Part shown: positions 62,960 through 64,000 of the stretch, one piece after another
Numbering within the stretch: position 1 is the stretch's first letter
Layout: the number at the start of each line of letters is the position of its first letter
DNA from: an uncultured Planctomycetales bacterium
GTDB lineage: Bacteria; Planctomycetota; MHYJ01; JACPRB01
NCBI GenBank assembly: GCA_964526305.1
Contig: CAZGKV010000003.1
Coordinates: 3,451 to 67,450, forward strand
Reading direction: 5' to 3'
DNA: 64,000 nt
Made by a program: the position numbers and the translations under genes
Notes under the pieces: model-generated
Databases searched by the model: none
Told to the model about the DNA's origin: nothing
What the model saw: only the letters and a program-made list of their open reading frames with translations

Positions 62960-63240
62960 CCGCCCTTGCCGTCATCCCCTCCGGGCGCTCCCGTACAGTG
63001 CTTGCACTCGCACTTGCCTTTCTTTTTCGCGCACTCGCATCCGCCCGTCCCGCAGTAGCACTTCGCGTCCTTTTCGCCCGAGCAGTGGTTGCAGGCGCAT
63101 CCCTTCGGACACCGACAGCCTTCCGAGTCGCGGACGTAGCGGCGCGATACGTCCTTCTTCGAGTCGAGCAGCCACCAGCATCCCGTGCCGAGGGCGAGAA
63201 CCGCGGTCAGTCCGATGCTCGCGAGGATGGCTTTCTTCAC
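62944..63240 (-). CDS. Cys-rich small secreted/lipoprotein, metallothionein-like
   Basis: 98 aa with signal/TM segment MKKAILASIGLTAVLALGTGC. The mature part has ~20 Cys in CxC/CxxC arrays (CRCPKGCACNHC, CYCGTGGCECAKKKGKCECKHC, GGCTCP). Confidence 0.55.
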   Translation of the reverse strand: MKKAILASIGLTAVLALGTGCWWLLDSKKDVSRRYVRDSEGCRCPKGCACNHCSGEKDAKCYCGTGGCECAKKKGKCECKHCTGAPGGDDGKGGCTCP

Positions 63241-63284
63241 GACGCCTCCGACCCAATCCTGGTTAGAACGGGCGCTCTCTCAAA

Positions 63285-63716
63285 TCAGCCGACGACGAGT
63301 TCGGCCTTTCCCTTCGCCTCGAGAATCTTCGGATACTGGGAATAGAGCGGCTTGAGAATGGGAAGGATCTTCATGATCTTGAAGATCGGACCCTTGGCCA
63401 CGACGTCGCGCTTGGTGAGGGCGACGAGCAGGTTCACCTTCCCGAGCCAGAATCGATGGCCGACGTCCGCGGTCATGAAGAACTCGACCTCGGGGGTCAA
63501 CCCGCCGGGGCCTTCGCACCACGACACCACCATTCCGGGCTGCTGGGGCGGATTCGCGCAATCGATCGTGATCACCGTCTCCGGGTTCGTGTAATTGAGC
63601 CGGATGACGAGCCCCGTCGCCTTCAGCTTCGGGGCGACCTCCGGGTGCCGGCCCGCCCAGTCGAAGAGTCCGCCGATACAGTCGACGACTTCCTTCGAGT
63701 TCTTGAAAAACGCCAT
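63285..63716 (-). CDS. SCP2 (sterol-carrier-protein-2)-domain protein
   Basis: Start reassigned to MAFFKNSKEVVD. ...ATGLVIRLNYTNPETVITID... and ...FFMTADVGHRFWLGKVNLLVALTKRDVVAKGPIFKIMKILPILKPL fit the SCP2 fold consensus. Confidence 0.5.
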   Translation of the reverse strand: MAFFKNSKEVVDCIGGLFDWAGRHPEVAPKLKATGLVIRLNYTNPETVITIDCANPPQQPGMVVSWCEGPGGLTPEVEFFMTADVGHRFWLGKVNLLVALTKRDVVAKGPIFKIMKILPILKPLYSQYPKILEAKGKAELVVG

Positions 63717-63727
63717 ACCGTCCCCTC

Positions 63728-64000
63728 CTAACGAGAGATCTCGAGTACGATTTCGTGCAGCCAGGTCACGCCCCACTTCACCGAACTCACGCGGACCCGT
63801 TCGTTGTGATTGTGGACCGTCGCGCGCTCCTCTTCCGTCGTCGGGCAGGGATGGATCCCGTAGACGGGCACTCCCTTTTGACGGAGGAATCGAGAGTCGG
63901 TCGCGCCGGTGAGCAGGATCGGAACCACGGGAGCGCCCGGAGCCAGCCGCTTCGATACGGCGCGGATCGCCTCCACCGCCTCGTTTTCCACCGGGGAGGC
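63728..64000 (-). CDS. M20-family peptidase/deacylase (ArgE/DapE-like), C-terminal fragment; 5' end beyond window
   Basis: ...LLTGATDSRFLRQKGVPVYGIHP...ERATVHNHNERVRV... matches the C-terminal metal-binding block of M20 enzymes. The frame stays open to the window edge. Confidence 0.55.
   Translation of the reverse strand, partial: ASPVENEAVEAIRAVSKRLAPGAPVVPILLTGATDSRFLRQKGVPVYGIHPCPTTEEERATVHNHNERVRVSSVKWGVTWLHEIVLEISR

Overview
This is a GC-rich (roughly 65-70% by eye), gene-dense bacterial chromosomal segment carrying about 50 protein-coding genes. I found no rRNA, tRNA, CRISPR array or obvious insertion sequence. The content points to a large-genome environmental Gram-negative lineage such as Acidobacteriota, Myxococcota or Planctomycetota: there are six eukaryotic-like Ser/Thr kinases plus one kinase gene fragment in 64 kb, three of them next to ECF-type sigma factors; many lipobox/signal-peptide beta-propeller proteins (Kelch, RCC1, WD40, SBBP-like); and a PhaR/phasin pair. 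The order is approximate. The window starts with a fatty-acid-type metabolic operon (Fe-ADH tail, crotonase, acyl-CoA dehydrogenase). Next come a Kelch protein and a GH43-like lipoprotein, then a TPR protein preceded by a tandemly duplicated small ORF. The following block holds an ICMT-family methyltransferase, a kinase-FGE fusion, a kinase(WD40)/PG-binding/metzincin operon lying divergent from a VgrG-like spike gene with a secreted M23 peptidase, and an ECF sigma / zinc-finger anti-sigma / RseB-like operon. After that are kinase-TPR genes with beta-propeller lipoproteins and ECF-like sigma genes. The window closes with PhaR plus phasin, a DUF547 protein, a radical-SAM/methyltransferase pair, lgt with a metallothionein-like Cys-rich lipoprotein, an SCP2-like protein and the tail of an M20 peptidase. 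The most interesting locus spans about 43.0-53.6 kb. It holds three paralogous 830-950-aa secreted proteins that share a C-terminal module of about 250 aa, rich in glycine-zipper motifs and ending in KFW. Their N-terminal modules differ: one has a transglutaminase-like Cys/His/Asp signature, and two carry an HExxH motif that the third has lost. They sit in two divergent transcription units, each preceded by a near-consensus sigma-54 (-24/-12) promoter, and a GAF-domain sigma-54 activator gene is convergent with the 3' end of the downstream unit. I could not assign this locus to any described family from sequence alone. All functional calls rest on motif recognition by eye; no database search was possible.
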